Source of the DNA: Eledone cirrhosa
Taxonomy: Eukaryota
DNA: 64,000 bases
Assembly: GCA_964016885.1 (NCBI GenBank)
Contig: OZ024756.1
Span: 8,184,001 to 8,248,000 of the forward strand
Direction: 5' to 3'
Part shown: positions 18,806 through 35,300 of the stretch, piece after piece
How the letters are laid out: each line of letters opens with the position of its first letter
How positions within the stretch are numbered: position 1 is the first letter of the stretch
Made by a program: the position numbers and the translations under genes
Notes under the pieces: model-generated
Told to the model about the DNA's origin: nothing
Seen by the model: the letters and a program-made list of their open reading frames with translations, nothing else
Databases searched by the model: none

Positions 18806-19156
18806 TGTAGCAGGAGTTGCCTCCCTTGTTGTGACACTCACATCCCCAATAGTTTAACACTCTGTAGACAGGAAGTAGAACCCTTTCTGTAACTTCCGGT
18901 CAGAACCCTATAAAACTAACAACTTTAAGTTCCCTTCCTCTCATTTGCCTTTCCGGCTCCTCGCCTCGGCCAGCCGTCTTCTCCCAGGCGCGTTCGCCTG
19001 GCGACCCGACGGTAACTAATAACTTTGCTTCATCCTCTCATCTATTCATTGACATGTCAACTATACTGTTCTATATATCCACAAATTGTTGATTAAATAT
19101 TATACACACAAACCAATCGTCTTTATTATATTCATACACACCAGTATTTTGTTATA
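18806..19156 (+). mobile_element. Solo LTR (351 bp)
   Basis: Starts TGTAGCA and ends TGTTATA (degenerate TG..CA); GTAT on both sides (possible TSD, but GTAT is also part of the satellite); internal TATAAAA and ATTAAA; shares ctctagacaggaagtag..tgtaacttccggt-like motif with the LTR at 41812. Confidence 0.7.
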
Positions 19157-21382
19157 GTATGTTGTATATATAGTATGTTGTATATATATAGTATGTTGTA
19201 TATATAGTATGTTGTATATATAGTATGTTGTATATATATAGTATGTTGTATATATATAGTATGTTGTATATATATAGTATGTTGTATATATATAGTATGT
19301 TGTTTATATATAGTATGTTGTTTATATATAGTATGTTGTTTATATATAGTATGTTGTATATATATCGTATGTTGTATATATATAGCATGTTGTATATATA
19401 GTATGTTGTATATATAGTATGTTGTATATATATAGTATGTTGTATATATAGTATGTTGTATATATAGTATGTTGTATATATAGTATGTTGTATATATAGT
19501 ATGTTGTGTATATAGTATGTTGTGTATATAGTATGTTGTGTATATAGTATGTTGTATATATATAGTATGTTGTATATATAGTATGTTGTATATATAGTAT
19601 GTTGTATATATATAGTATGTTGTATATATAGTATGTTGTATATATAGTATGTTGTATATATATAGTATGTTGTATATATATAGTATGTTGTATATATATA
19701 GTATGTTGTATATATATAGTATGTTGTATATATATAGTATGTTGTTTATATATAGTATGTTGTTTATATATAGTATGTTGTTTATATATAGTATGTTGTA
19801 TATATAGTATGTTGTATATATAGCATGTTGTATATATATAGTATGTTGTATATATAGTATTTTGAATATATAGTATTTTGAAAATATAGTATTTTGAATA
19901 TATAGTATGTTGTGTATATATATTATGTTGTATATATAGTATGTTGTTTATATATAGTATGTTGTATATATAGTATGTTGTATATATAGTATGTTGTATA
20001 TATAGTATGTTGTGTATATAGTATGTTGTATATATATAGTATGTTGTATATATAGTATGTTGTATATATATAGTATGTTATATATATATAGTATGTTGTA
20101 TATATATAGTATGTTGTATATATAGTATGTTATGTATATAGTATGTTGTATATAGTATGTTGTATATAGTATGTTGTATATATAGCATGTTGTATATAAA
20201 GGTATGTTGTATATAAATCATGTGTATATAGTATGTTGTATATATAGTATGTTGTATATATATAGTATGTTTTAATATAGTATGTTATATATATAGCATG
20301 TTGTATATAAAGTATGTTGTATATATATAGTATGTTGTATATATATAGTATGTTGTATATATATCATGTTGTATAAATAGTATGTTGTATATATAGTATG
20401 TTGTATATATAGTATGTTGTATATATAGTATGTTGTATATATAGTATGTTGTATATATGTAGTATGTTGTATATATGTAGTATGTTGCATATATATGGTA
20501 TGCTGTGTATATATAGTATGTTGTGTATATAGTATGTTGTGTATATAATATGTTGTATATATATGTTGTATATATAGTATGTTGTATATATATAGTATGT
20601 TGTTTATATAGTATGTTGTATATATAGCATGTTGTATATAAAGTATGTTGTATATATATCATGTCGTATAAATAGTATGTTGTATAAATAGTATGTTGTA
20701 TATATAGTATGTTGTATATATAGTATGTTGTATATATAGTATGTTGTATATATAGTACGTTGTATATATAGTATGTTGTGTATATATAGTATGTTGTGTA
20801 TATATAGTATGTTGTATATATAGTATGTTGTATATATAGTATGTTGTATATATAGTATGTTGTATATATAGCATGTTATATATATAGCATGTTGTACATA
20901 TAGTATGTTGTATATATAGTATGTTGTATATATAGTATGTTGTATATATAGTATGTTGTATATATAGTATGTTGTATATATAGTATGTTGTATATATAGT
21001 ATGTTGTATATATAGTATGTTGTATATATAGTATTTTATATATATATAGTATGTTATATATATAGTATGTTATATATATATAGTATGTTGTATATATATA
21101 GTATGTTGTATATATAGTATGTTATGTATATAGTATGTTGTATATATAGCATGTTGTATATAAAGTATGTTGTATATAAATCATGTGTATATATAGTATG
21201 TTGTATATATAGTATGTTGTATATATATAGTATGTTTTAATATAGTATGTTGTATATATAGTATGTTGTATATATAGTATGTTGTATATAAAGTATGTTG
21301 TATATATATAGTATGTTGTATATATATCATGTTGTATAAATAGTATGTTGTATAAATAGTATGTTGTATATATAGTATGTTG

Positions 21383-22716
21383 TCATCATCATCATCATCA
21401 TCAGGTTTAGCGTCCGTGTTCCACGCTTGCATGGGTTTGGACGGGGGTTTTCCCACTTGAGGCAAGAGTGGTTGTCTTGCTCGCATAGGACTGTCTGGCG
21501 GGTTTTCTACAGTTGGATGCCCTTCCTAACACCAACCACATTTACAGTGTGGGGCTGGGAGGTTTTTACCGTGTTGCCTACACGGCCACATTACAGCGTG
21601 GACTGTCTGGCGGGTTTTCTACAGCTGGATGCCCTTCCTAACACCAACCACATTTACAGTGTGGGGCTGGGAGGTTTTTACCGTGTTGCCTACACGGCCA
21701 CATTTACAGCGTGGACTGTGTGTTTTTTGTCGTGACACCTACACGATCTCATTTGTTTCGGCCTGGATGTTGTGGGACCAACATAACTTTACATTGAAAG
21801 GGGCGGTGTGGGTGGGGTGGAGGTGGTGGGACGGGGGTGTGTTTTGATAGAGGTGCCTACTGACTGTAGTAGGTTTTTACTTTGTATTTAGGTAAGGCGG
21901 GTCTTCTCTATTACTGAGTACCGCCAAAGGTCTCGGTCCAGTGACATTGTCTTGGAGAGGTGTAAGCGTGTGAGGTCGGAATTTATCAGCTCGTCCCATG
22001 TTTTTCTGGGTCTGCCTACTCCGTGGCTACCGGCTATCTTTATTGCCCTGCACTTTGTTATACAGCTGTCGTCTTTCATGCGCATCACGTGACCGTACCA
22101 ACGTAGCCTTCTCTCGAGTAAACAACATCTGATCCCTCTTATTTCTAATTTTTTCCTTAGTTCGTTTATGCTTTGCCGTTCACGTATATTACTATTGCAC
22201 ATCCAGCGGAGCATGCAAGCTTCGTTCCTCTCTAGTCTGCGTATATCCTCTGCACACAATGCCCAGGTCTCACTGCCATGCAGCATTGCTGTTCGTATGC
22301 AGGCATCGTATAACCTGCCTTTCATTTTTAGGGAGAACCCTCTAGCGGCTAATAGTGGTATAAGCTCTCTGAACTTTTTCCATCCAGTTCTGACTCTAGC
22401 TACTGTACTTTCAGAGCACCCTCCCCCACTGCTGATTTTGTCACCCAGATAACAGAAGCTGTCCACTATTTCTATAGAACCCTCTGCGCAGTTGAAGGAG
22501 CTAGTATTTTGTGGGCACTTGCTGCTACTTATTGCACCAGAGCACCGGCCACATGTAAAATCTATGTTCTTAGTTAGCTTACCTGTGATCCCACTACATC
22601 TTTTATGCACCCATACTTTGCATTTGGGACATAAAATGGAGTTTCTACCTACGCCTTTCCTACACACTGAGCATGGCCATTTCCCCGATGGGACCGCCGC
22701 CTTATTTTCTTTCCTA
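21383..22716 (-). mobile_element. 5'-truncated RTE-clade LINE (RT C-terminus, 3' UTR, (GAT)n tail)
   Basis: ORF 21888-22667 contains F.YLG, R+..GWKKF, K.RLY....R.AMLHGSETW, RRLRWYGHVMR and GRPRKTW, typical RTE motifs. Confidence 0.92.
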
Positions 22717-25403
22717 CAATATATAGTATGTTGTATATATATAGTATGTTGTATATATATAGTATGTTGTATATATATAGTATGTTGTGTATATATAGTA
22801 TGTTGTGTATATATAGTATGTTGTGTATATAATATGTTGTATATATAGTATGTTGTATATATATAGTATGTTTATATATAGTATGTTGTATATATAGTAT
22901 GTTGTATATATATGTTGTATATATAGTATGTTGTATATATATAGTATGTTGTATATATATAGTATGTTGTATATATATAGTATGTTGTATATATAGTATG
23001 TTGTATATATAGTATGTTGTATATATAGTATGTTGTATATATATAGTATGTTATATATATATAGTATGTTGTATATATATAGTATGTTGTATATATAGTA
23101 TGTTATGTATATAGTATGTTGTATATATAGCATGTTGTATATAAAGGTATGTTGTATATAAAGGTATGTTGTATATAAATCATGTGTATATAGTATGTTG
23201 TATATATAGTATGTTGTATATATATAGTATGTTTTAATATAGTATGTTGTATATATAGCATGTTGTATATATAGCATGTTGTATATATATAGCATGTTGT
23301 ATATAAAGTATGTTGTATATATAGTATGTTGTATATATATAGTATGTTGTATATATATCATGTTGTATATATATATAGTATGTTGTGTATATATAGTATG
23401 TTGTGTATATAGTATGTTGTGTATATAATATGTTGTCTATATAGTATGTTGTCTATATAGTATGTTGTCTATATAGTATGTTGTATATATATAGTATGTT
23501 GTTTATATATAGTGTGTTGTATATATATGTTGTATATGTAGTATGTTGTATATATATAGTATGTTGTATATATAGTATGTTGTATATATAGTATGTTGTA
23601 TATATAGTATGTTGTATATATAGTATGTTGTATATATAGTATGTTGTATATATAGTATTTTATATATATATAGTATGTTATATTTATATAGTATGTTATA
23701 TATATATAATATGTTGTATATATATAGTATGTTGTATATATAGTATGTTATGTATAAAGTATGTAGTATATATAGCATGTTGTATATAAAGTATGTTGTA
23801 TATAAATCATGTGTATATAGTATGTTGTATATATAGTATGTTGTATATATATAGTATGTTTTAATATAGTATGTTGTATATATAGTATGTTGTATATATA
23901 GTATGTTGTATATATAGTATGTTGTATATAAAGTATGTTGTATATATAGTATGTTGTATATATATCATGTTGTATAAATAGTATGTTGTATAAATAGTAT
24001 GTTGTATATATAGTATGTTGTATATATAGTATGTTGTATATATATAGTATGTTGTATATATATAGTATGTTGTATATATATAGTATGTTGTGTATATATA
24101 GTATGTTGTGTATATAATATGTTGTGTATATAATATGTTGTATATATAGTATGTTGTATATATAGTATGTTGTATATATAGTATGTTGTATATATATAGT
24201 ATGTTTATATATAGTATGTTGTATATATAGTATGTTGTATATATATGTTGTATATATAGTATGTTGTATATATATAGTATGTTGTATATATATAGTATGT
24301 TGTATATATAGTATGTTGTATATATAGTATGTTGTGTATATAGTATGTTGTATATATATAGTATGTTGTATATATAGTATGTTGTATATAAAGTATGTTG
24401 TATATAAAGTATGTTGTATATATATAGTATGTTGTATATATATAGTATGTTGTATATATATAGTATGTTGTATATATATAGTATGTTGTATATATATAGT
24501 ATGTTGTGTATATAGTATGTTGTATATATATAGTATGTTTTATATATAGTATGTTGTATATATATAGTATGTTGTATATATAGTATGTTGTATATATACA
24601 GTATGTTGAATATATATAGTATATTGTATATATATAGTATGTTGTGTATATAGTATATTGTATATATAGTATGTTGTATATATATAGTATGTTGTTTATA
24701 TAGAATGTTGTATATATAGTATGTTGTATATATAGTATGTTGTATATAAAGTATGTTGTATATATAGTATGTTGTATATATAGTATGTTGTATATATAGT
24801 ATGATGTATATAAAGTATGTTGTATATAAAGTATGTTGTATATATATAGCATATTGTATATACAGTATGTTGCACATATAGCATGTTGTATATATAGTAT
24901 GTTGTATATATATAGTATGTTGTATATATATAGTATGTTGTATATATATTATGTGGTATATATATAGTATGTTGTATATATAGCATGTTGTATATATAGT
25001 ATGTTGTATATATATAGTATGTTGTATATACAGTTTGTTGTATATATATAGTATGTTGTATATAAATAGTATGTTGTGTATATAGTATGTTGTATATATA
25101 TAGTATGTTGTATATATATAGTATGTTGTATATATATATATATATATAGTTATATAGTATGTTGTAGATATATAGTATGTTGTATATATATATAGTTATA
25201 TAGTATGTTGTATATATATATATATAGCATGTTGTATATATAGTATGTTGTATATATATATAGTATGTTCTATATATATAGTATGTTCTATATATATAGT
25301 ATGTTGTGTATATATAGTATGTTGTGTATATAGTATGTTGTATATATATTATATTGTATATATATATATATGTTGTGTATACAGTATGTTGTATATCTAG
25401 TAT

Positions 25404-25754
25404 TGTAGCAGGAGTTGCCTCCCTTGTTGTGACACTCACATCCCCAATAGTTTAAGGCTCTCTAGACAGGAAGTAGAACTCTTTCTGTAACTTCCGGTCA
25501 GAACCCTATAAAACTAACAACTTTAAGTTCCCTTCCTCTCATTTGCCTTTCCGGCTCCTCGCCTCGGCCAGCCGTCTTCGCCCAGGCACGTTCGCCTGGC
25601 GACCCGACGGTAACTAATAACTTTGCTTCATCCTCTCATCTATTCATTGACATGTCAACTATACTGTTCTATATATCCACAAATTGTTGATTAAATATTA
25701 TACACACAAACCAATCGTCTTTATTATATTCATACACACCAGTATTTTGTTATA
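25404..25754 (+). mobile_element. Solo LTR, duplicate of 18806-19156
   Basis: Same sequence and flanks with about 6 substitutions; offset 6598. Confidence 0.7.
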
Positions 25755-27976
25755 GTATGTTGTATATATAGTATGTTGTATATATATAGTATGTTGTATA
25801 TATAGTATGTTGTATATATAGTATGTTGTATATATATAGTATGTTGTATATATATAGTATGTTGTATATATATAGTATGTTGTATATATATAGTATGTTG
25901 TTTATATATAGTATGTTGTTTATATATAGTATGTTGTATATATATAGTATGTTGTATATATATCGTATGTTGTATATATATAGCATGTTGTATATATAGT
26001 ATGTTGTATATATAGTATGTTGTATATATATAGTATGTTGTATATATAGTATGTTGTATATATAGTATGTTGTATATATAGTATGTTGTATATATAGTAT
26101 GTTGTATATATAGTATGTTGTGTATATAGTATGTTGTGTATATAGTATGTTGTGTATATAGTATGTTGTATATATATAGTATGTTGTATATATAGTATGT
26201 TGTATATATAGTATGTTGTATATATATAGTATGTTGTATATATAGTATGTTGTATATATAGTATGTTGTATATATATAGTATGTTGTATATATATAGTAT
26301 GTTGTATATATATAGTATGTTGTATATATATAGTATGTTGTATATATATAGTATGTTGTTTATATATAGTATGTTGTTTATATATAGTATGTTGTATATA
26401 TAGTATGTTGTATATATAGCATGTTGTATATATATAGTATGTTGTATATATAGTATTTTGAATATATAGTATTTTGAAAATATAGTATTTTGAATATATA
26501 GTATGTTGTGTATATATATTATGTTGTATATATAGTATGTTGTTTATATATAGTATGTTGTATATATAGTATGTTGTATATATAGTATGTTGTATATATA
26601 GTATGTTGTGTATATAGTATGTTGTATATATATAGTATGTTGTATATATAGTATGTTGTATATATATAGTATGTTATATATATATAGTATGTTGTATATA
26701 TATAGTATGTTGTATATATAGTATGTTATGTATATAGTATGTTGTATATAGTATGTTGTATATAGTATGTTGTATATATAGCATGTTGTATATAAAGGTA
26801 TGTTGTATATAAATCATGTGTATATAGTATGTTGTATATATAGTATGTTGTATATATATAGTATGTTTTAATATAGTATGTTATATATATAGCATGTTGT
26901 ATATAAAGTATGTTGTATATATATAGTATGTTGTATATATATAGTATGTTGTATATATATCATGTTGTATAAATAGTATGTTGTATATATAGTATGTTGT
27001 ATATATAGTATGTTGTATATATAGTATGTTGTATATATAGTATGTTGTATATATGTAGTATGTTGTATATATGTAGTATGTTGCATATATATGGTATGCT
27101 GTGTATATATAGTATGTTGTGTATATAGTATGTTGTGTATATAATATGTTGTATATATATGTTGTATATATAGTATGTTGTATATATATAGTATGTTGTT
27201 TATATAGTATGTTGTATATATAGCATGTTGTATATAAAGTATGTTGTATATATATCATGTCGTATAAATAGTATGTTGTATAAATAGTATGTTGTATATA
27301 TAGTATGTTGTATATATAGTATGTTGTATATATAGTATGTTGTATATATAGTACGTTGTATATATAGTATGTTGTGTATATATAGTATGTTGTATATATA
27401 GTATGTTGTATATATAGTATGTTGTATATATAGTATGTTGTATATATAGTATGTTGTATATATAGCATGTTATATATATAGCATGTTGTACATATAGTAT
27501 GTTGTATATATAGTATGTTGTATATATAGTATGTTGTATATATAGTATGTTGTATATATAGTATGTTGTATATATAGTATGTTGTATATATAGTATGTTG
27601 TATATATAGTATGTTGTATATATAGTATTTTATATATATATAGTATGTTATATATATAGTATGTTATATATATATAGTATGTTGTATATATATAGTATGT
27701 TGTATATATAGTATGTTATGTATATAGTATGTTGTATATATAGCATGTTGTATATAAAGTATGTTGTATATAAATCATGTGTATATATAGTATGTTGTAT
27801 ATATAGTATGTTGTATATATATAGTATGTTTTAATATAGTATGTTGTATATATAGTATGTTGTATATATAGTATGTTGTATATAAAGTATGTTGTATATA
27901 TATAGTATGTTGTATATATATCATGTTGTATAAATAGTATGTTGTATAAATAGTATGTTGTATATATAGTATGTTG

Positions 27977-29310
27977 TCATCATCATCATCATCATCAGGT
28001 TTAGCGTCCGTGTTCCACGCTTGCATGGGTTTGGACGGGGGTTTTCCCACTTGAGGCAAGAGTGGTTGTCTTGCTCGCATAGGACTGTCTGGCGGGTTTT
28101 CTACAGTTGGATGCCCTTCCTAACACCAACCACATTTACAGTGTGGGGCTGGGAGGTTTTTACCGTGTTGCCTACACGGCCACATTACAGCGTGGACTGT
28201 CTGGCGGGTTTTCTACAGCTGGATGCCCTTCCTAACACCAACCACATTTACAGTGTGGGGCTGGGAGGTTTTTACCGTGTTGCCTACACGGCCACATTTA
28301 CAGCGTGGACTGTGTGTTTTTTGTCGTGACACCTACACGATCTCATTTGTTTCGGCCTGGATGTTGTGGGACCAACATAACTTTACATTGAAAGGGGCGG
28401 TGTGGGTGGGGTGGAGGTGGTGGGACGGGGGTGTGTTTTGATAGAGGTGCCTACTGACTGTAGTAGGTTTTTACTTTGTATTTAGGTAAGGCGGGTCTTC
28501 TCTATTACTGAGTACCGCCAAAGGTCTCGGTCCAGTGACATTGTCTTGGAGAGGTGTAAGCGTGTGAGGTCGGAATTTATCAGCTCGTCCCATGTTTTTC
28601 TGGGTCTGCCTACTCCGTGGCTACCGGCTATCTTTATTGCCCTGCACTTTGTTATACAGCTGTCGTCTTTCATGCGCATCACGTGACCGTACCAACGTAG
28701 CCTTCTCTCGAGTAAACAACATCTGATCCCTCTTATTTCTAATTTTTTCCTTAGTTCGTTTATGCTTTGCCGTTCACGTATATTACTATTGCACATCCAG
28801 CGGAGCATGCAAGCTTCGTTCCTCTCTAGTCTGCGTATATCCTCTGCACACAATGCCCAGGTCTCACTGCCATGCAGCATTGCTGTTCGTATGCAGGCAT
28901 CGTATAACCTGCCTTTCATTTTTAGGGAGAACCCTCTAGCGGCTAATAGTGGTATAAGCTCTCTGAACTTTTTCCATCCAGTTCTGACTCTAGCTACTGT
29001 ACTTTCAGAGCACCCTCCCCCACTGCTGATTTTGTCACCCAGATAACGGAAGCTGTCCACTATTTCTATAGAACCCTCTGCGCAGTTGAAGGAGCTAGTA
29101 TTTTGTGGGCACTTGCTGCTACTTATTGCACCAGAGCACCGGCCACATGTAAAATCTATGTTCTTAGTTAGCTTACCTGTGATCCCACTACATCTTTTAT
29201 GCACCCATACTTTGCATTTGGGACATAAAATGGAGTTTCTACCTACGCCTTTCCTACACACTGAGCATGGCCATTTCCCCGATGGGACCGCCGCCTTATT
29301 TTCTTTCCTA
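27977..29310 (-). mobile_element. Duplicate RTE LINE fragment
   Basis: Near-identical to 21383-22716 (one C/R amino-acid difference) with the same truncation point; offset 6594. Confidence 0.92.
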
Positions 29311-32300
29311 CAATATATAGTATGTTGTATATATATAGTATGTTGTATATATATAGTATGTTGTATATATATAGTATGTTGTGTATATATAGTATGTTGT
29401 GTATATATAGTATGTTGTGTATATAATATGTTGTATATATAGTATGTTGTATATATATAGTATGTTTATATATAGTATGTTGTATATATAGTATGTTGTA
29501 TATATATGTTGTATATATAGTATGTTGTATATATATAGTATGTTGTATATATATAGTATGTTGTATATATATAGTATGTTGTATATATAGTATGTTGTAT
29601 ATATAGTATGTTGTATATATAGTATGTTGTATATATATAGTATGTTATATATATATAGTATGTTGTATATATATAGTATGTTGTATATATAGTATGTTAT
29701 GTATATAGTATGTTGTATATATAGCATGTTGTATATAAAGGTATGTTGTATATAAAGGTATGTTGTATATAAATCATGTGTATATAGTATGTTGTATATA
29801 TAGTATGTTGTATATATATAGTATGTTTTAATATAGTATGTTGTATATATAGCATGTTGTATATATAGCATGTTGTATATATATAGCATGTTGTATATAA
29901 AGTATGTTGTATATATAGTATGTTGTATATATATAGTATGTTGTATATATATCATGTTGTATATATATATAGTATGTTGTGTATATATAGTATGTTGTGT
30001 ATATAGTATGTTGTGTATATAATATGTTGTCTATATAGTATGTTGTCTATATAGTATGTTGTCTATATAGTATGTTGTATATATATAGTATGTTGTTTAT
30101 ATATAGTGTGTTGTATATATATGTTGTATATGTAGTATGTTGTATATATATAGTATGTTGTATATATAGTATGTTGTATATATAGTATGTTGTATATATA
30201 GTATGTTGTATATATAGTATGTTGTATATATAGTATGTTGTATATATAGTATGTTGTATATATAGTATTTTATATATATATAGTATGTTATATTTATATA
30301 GTATGTTATATATATATAATATGTTGTATATATATAGTATGTTGTATATATAGTATGTTATGTATATAGTATGTTGTATATATAGCATGTTGTATATAAA
30401 GTATGTTGTATATAAATCATGTGTATATAGTATGTTGTATATATAGTATGTTGTATATATATAGTATGTTTTAATATAGTATGTTGTATATATAGTATGT
30501 TGTATATATATAGCATGTTGTATATAAAGTATGTTGTATATATAGTATGTTGTATATATATAGTATGTTGTCTATATATCATGTTGTATATATATCATGT
30601 TGTATAAATAGTATGTTGTATAAATAGTATGTTGTATATATAGTATGTTGTATATATAGTATGTTGTATATATAGTATGTTGTATATATAGTATGTTGTA
30701 TATATATAGTATGTTGTATATATATAGTATGTTGTCTATATATAGTATGTTGTCTATATATAGTATGTTGTCTATATATAGTATGTTGTATATATAGTAT
30801 GTTGTATATATAGTATGTTGTATATATATAGTATGTTTATATATAGTATGTTGTATATATAGTATGTTATATATATATGTTCTATATATAGTATGTTGTA
30901 TATATATAGTATGTTGTATATATAGTATGTTGTATAGATAGCATGTTGTATATATAGCATGTTGTATATATATCATGTTGTATAAATAGTATGTTGTATA
31001 AATAGTATGTTGTATATATAGTATGTTGTATATATAGTATGTTGTATATATAGTATGTTGTATATATAGCATGTTATATATATAGCATGTTGTGTATATA
31101 TAGTATGTTGTATATATAGTATGTTGTATATATAGTATGTTGTATATATAGTATGTTGTATATATATAGTATGTTGTATATATATAGTATGTTGTTTCTA
31201 TATAGTATGTTGTATATATATGTTGTATATATAGTATGTTGTATATATATAGTATGTTGTATATATAGCATGTATATAAAGTATGTTGTGTATATATCAT
31301 GTTGTATAAATAGTATGTTGTATAAATAGTATGTTGTATATATAGTATGTTGTATATATAGTATGTTGTATATATAGTATGTTGTATATATAGTACGTTG
31401 TATATATAGTATGTTGTGTATATATAGTATGTTGTATATATAGTATGTTGTATATATAGTATGTTGTATATATAGTATGTTGTATATATAGTATGTTGTA
31501 TATATAGTATGTTATATATATAGCATGTTGTACATATAGTATGTTGTACATATAGTATGTTGTATATATAGTATGTTGTATATATAGTATGTTGTATATA
31601 TAGTATGTTGTATATATAGTATGTTGTATATATAGTATTTTATATATATATAGTATGTTATATATATAGTATGTTATATATATATAGTATGTTATATATA
31701 TATAGTATGTTGTATATATATAGTATGTTGTATATATAGTATGTTATGTATATAGTATGTTGTATATATAGTATGTTGTATATATATAGTATGTTTTAAT
31801 ATAGTATGTTGTATATATAGTATGTTGTATATATAGTATGTTGTATATATAGTATGTTGTATATAAAGTATGTTGTATATATAGTATGTTGTATATATAT
31901 AGTATGTTGTATATATATCATGTTGTATAAATAGTATGTTGTATAAATAGTATGTTGTATATATAGTATGTTGTATATATAGTATGTTGTATATATAATA
32001 TGTTGTATATATAGTATGTTGTATATATAGTATGTTGTATATATAGTATGTTGTATATATATAGTATGTTTATATATAGTATGTTGTATATATAGTATGT
32101 TGTATATATATGTTGTATATATAGTATGTTGTATATATATAGTATGTTGTATATATAGTATGTTGTATATATAGTATGTTGTATATATAGTATGTTGTAT
32201 ATATATAGTATGTTATATATATATAGTATGTTGTATATATATAGTATGTTGTATATATAGTATGTTATGTATATAGTATGTTGTATATATAGCATGTTGT

Positions 32301-35300
32301 ATATAAAGGTATGTTGTATATAAAGGTATGTTGTATATAAATCATGTGTATATAGTATGTTGTATATATAGTATGTTGTATATATATAGTATGTTTTAAT
32401 ATAGTATGTTGTATATATAGCATGTTGTATATATAGCATGTTGTATATATATAGCATGTTGTATATAAAGTATGTTGTATATATAGTATGTTGTATATAT
32501 ATAGTATGTTGTATATATATCATGTTGTATATATATATAGTATGTTGTGTATATATAGTATGTTGTGTATATAGTATGTTGTGTATATAATATGTTGTCT
32601 ATATAGTATGTTGTCTATATAGTATGTTGTATATATATAGTATGTTGTTTATATATAGTGTGTTGTATATATATGTTGTATATGTAGTATGTTGTATATA
32701 TATAGTATGTTGTATATATAGTATGTTGTATATATAGTATGTTGTATATATAGTATGTTGTATATATAGTATGTTGTATATATAGTATGTTGTATATATA
32801 GTATGTTGTATATATAGTATTTTATATATATATAGTATGTTATATTTATATAGTATGTTATATATATATAATATGTTGTATATATATAGTATGTTGTATA
32901 TATAGTATGTTATGTATATAGTATGTTGTATATATAGCATGTTGTATATAAAGTATGTTGTATATAAATCATGTGTATATAGTATGTTGTATATATAGTA
33001 TGTTGTATATATATAGTATGTTTTAATATAGTATGTTGTATATATAGTATGTTGTATATATATAGCATGTTGTATATAAAGTATGTTGTATATATAGTAT
33101 GTTGTATATATATAGTATGTTGTCTATATATCATGTTGTATATATATCATGTTGTATAAATAGTATGTTGTATAAATAGTATGTTGTATATATAGTATGT
33201 TGTATATATAGTATGTTGTATATATAGTATGTTGTATATATAGTATGTTGTATATATATAGTATGTTGTATATATATAGTATGTTGTCTATATATAGTAT
33301 GTTGTCTATATATAGTATGTTGTCTATATATAGTATGTTGTATATATAGTATGTTGTATATATAGTATGTTGTATATATATAGTATGTTTATATATAGTA
33401 TGTTGTATATATAGTATGTTATATATATATGTTCTATATATAGTATGTTGTATATATATAGTATGTTGTATATATAGTATGTTGTATAGATAGCATGTTG
33501 TATATATAGCATGTTGTATATATATCATGTTGTATAAATAGTATGTTGTATAAATAGTATGTTGTATATATAGTATGTTGTATATATAGTATGTTGTATA
33601 TATAGTATGTTGTATATATAGCATGTTATATATATAGCATGTTGTGTATATATAGTATGTTGTATATATAGTATGTTGTATATATAGTATGTTGTATATA
33701 TATAGTATGTTGTATATATATAGTATGTTGTTTCTATATAGTATGTTGTATATATATGTTGTATATATAGTATGTTGTATATATATAGTATGTTGTATAT
33801 ATAGCATGTATATAAAGTATGTTGTGTATATATCATGTTGTATAAATAGTATGTTGTATAAATAGTATGTTGTATATATAGTATGTTGTATATATAGTAT
33901 GTTGTATATATAGTATGTTGTATATATAGTACGTTGTATATATAGTATGTTGTGTATATATAGTATGTTGTATATATAGTATGTTGTATATATAGTATGT
34001 TGTATATATAGTATGTTGTATATATAGTATGTTGTATATATAGTATGTTGTATATATAGTATGTTATATATATAGCATGTTGTACATATAGTATGTTGTA
34101 CATATAGTATGTTGTATATATAGTATGTTGTATATATAGTATGTTGTATATATAGTATGTTGTATATATAGTATGTTGTATATATAGTATTTTATATATA
34201 TATAGTATGTTATATATATAGTATGTTATATATATATAGTATGTTATATATATATAGTATGTTGTATATATATAGTATGTTGTATATATAGTATGTTATG
34301 TATATAGTATGTTGTATATATAGTATGTTGTATATATATAGTATGTTTTAATATAGTATGTTGTATATATAGTATGTTGTATATATAGTATGTTGTATAT
34401 AAAGTATGTTGTATATATAGTATGTTGTATATATATAGTATGTTGTATATATATCATGTTGTATAAATAGTATGTTGTATAAATAGTATGTTGTATATAT
34501 AGTATTTTGTATATATAGTATGTTGTATATATAATATGTTGTATATATAGTATGTTGTATATATAGTATGTTGTATATATAGTATGTTGTATATATATAG
34601 TATGTTTATATATAGTATGTTGTATATATAGTATGTTGTATATATATGTTGTATATATAGTATGTTGTATATATATAGTATGTTGTATATATATAGTATG
34701 TTGTATATATAGTATGTTGTATATATATAGTATGTTATATATATATAGTATGTTGTATATATAGTATGTTGTATATATATAGTATGTTGTATATATATAG
34801 TATGTTATATATATATAGTATGTTGTATATATATAGTATGTTGTATATATAGTATGTTATGTATATAGTATGTTGTATATATAGCATGTTGTATATAAAG
34901 GTATGTTGTATATAAATCATGTGTATATAGTATGTTGTATATATAGTATGTTGTATATATATAGTATGTTTTAATATAGTATGTTGTATATATAGCATGT
35001 TGTATATATAGCATGTTGTATATATAGCATGTTGTATATATATAGTATGTTGTATATATATAGCATGTTGTATATAAAGTATGTTGTATATATAGTATGT
35101 TGTATATATATAGTATGTTGTATATATATCATGTTGTATATATATATAGTATGTTGTATATATATATAGTATGTTGTGTATATATAGTATGTTGTGTATA
35201 TAGTATGTTGTGTATATAATATGTTGTCTATATAGTATGTTGTCTATATAGTATGTTGTCTATATAGTATGTTGTATATATATAGTATGTTGTATATATA

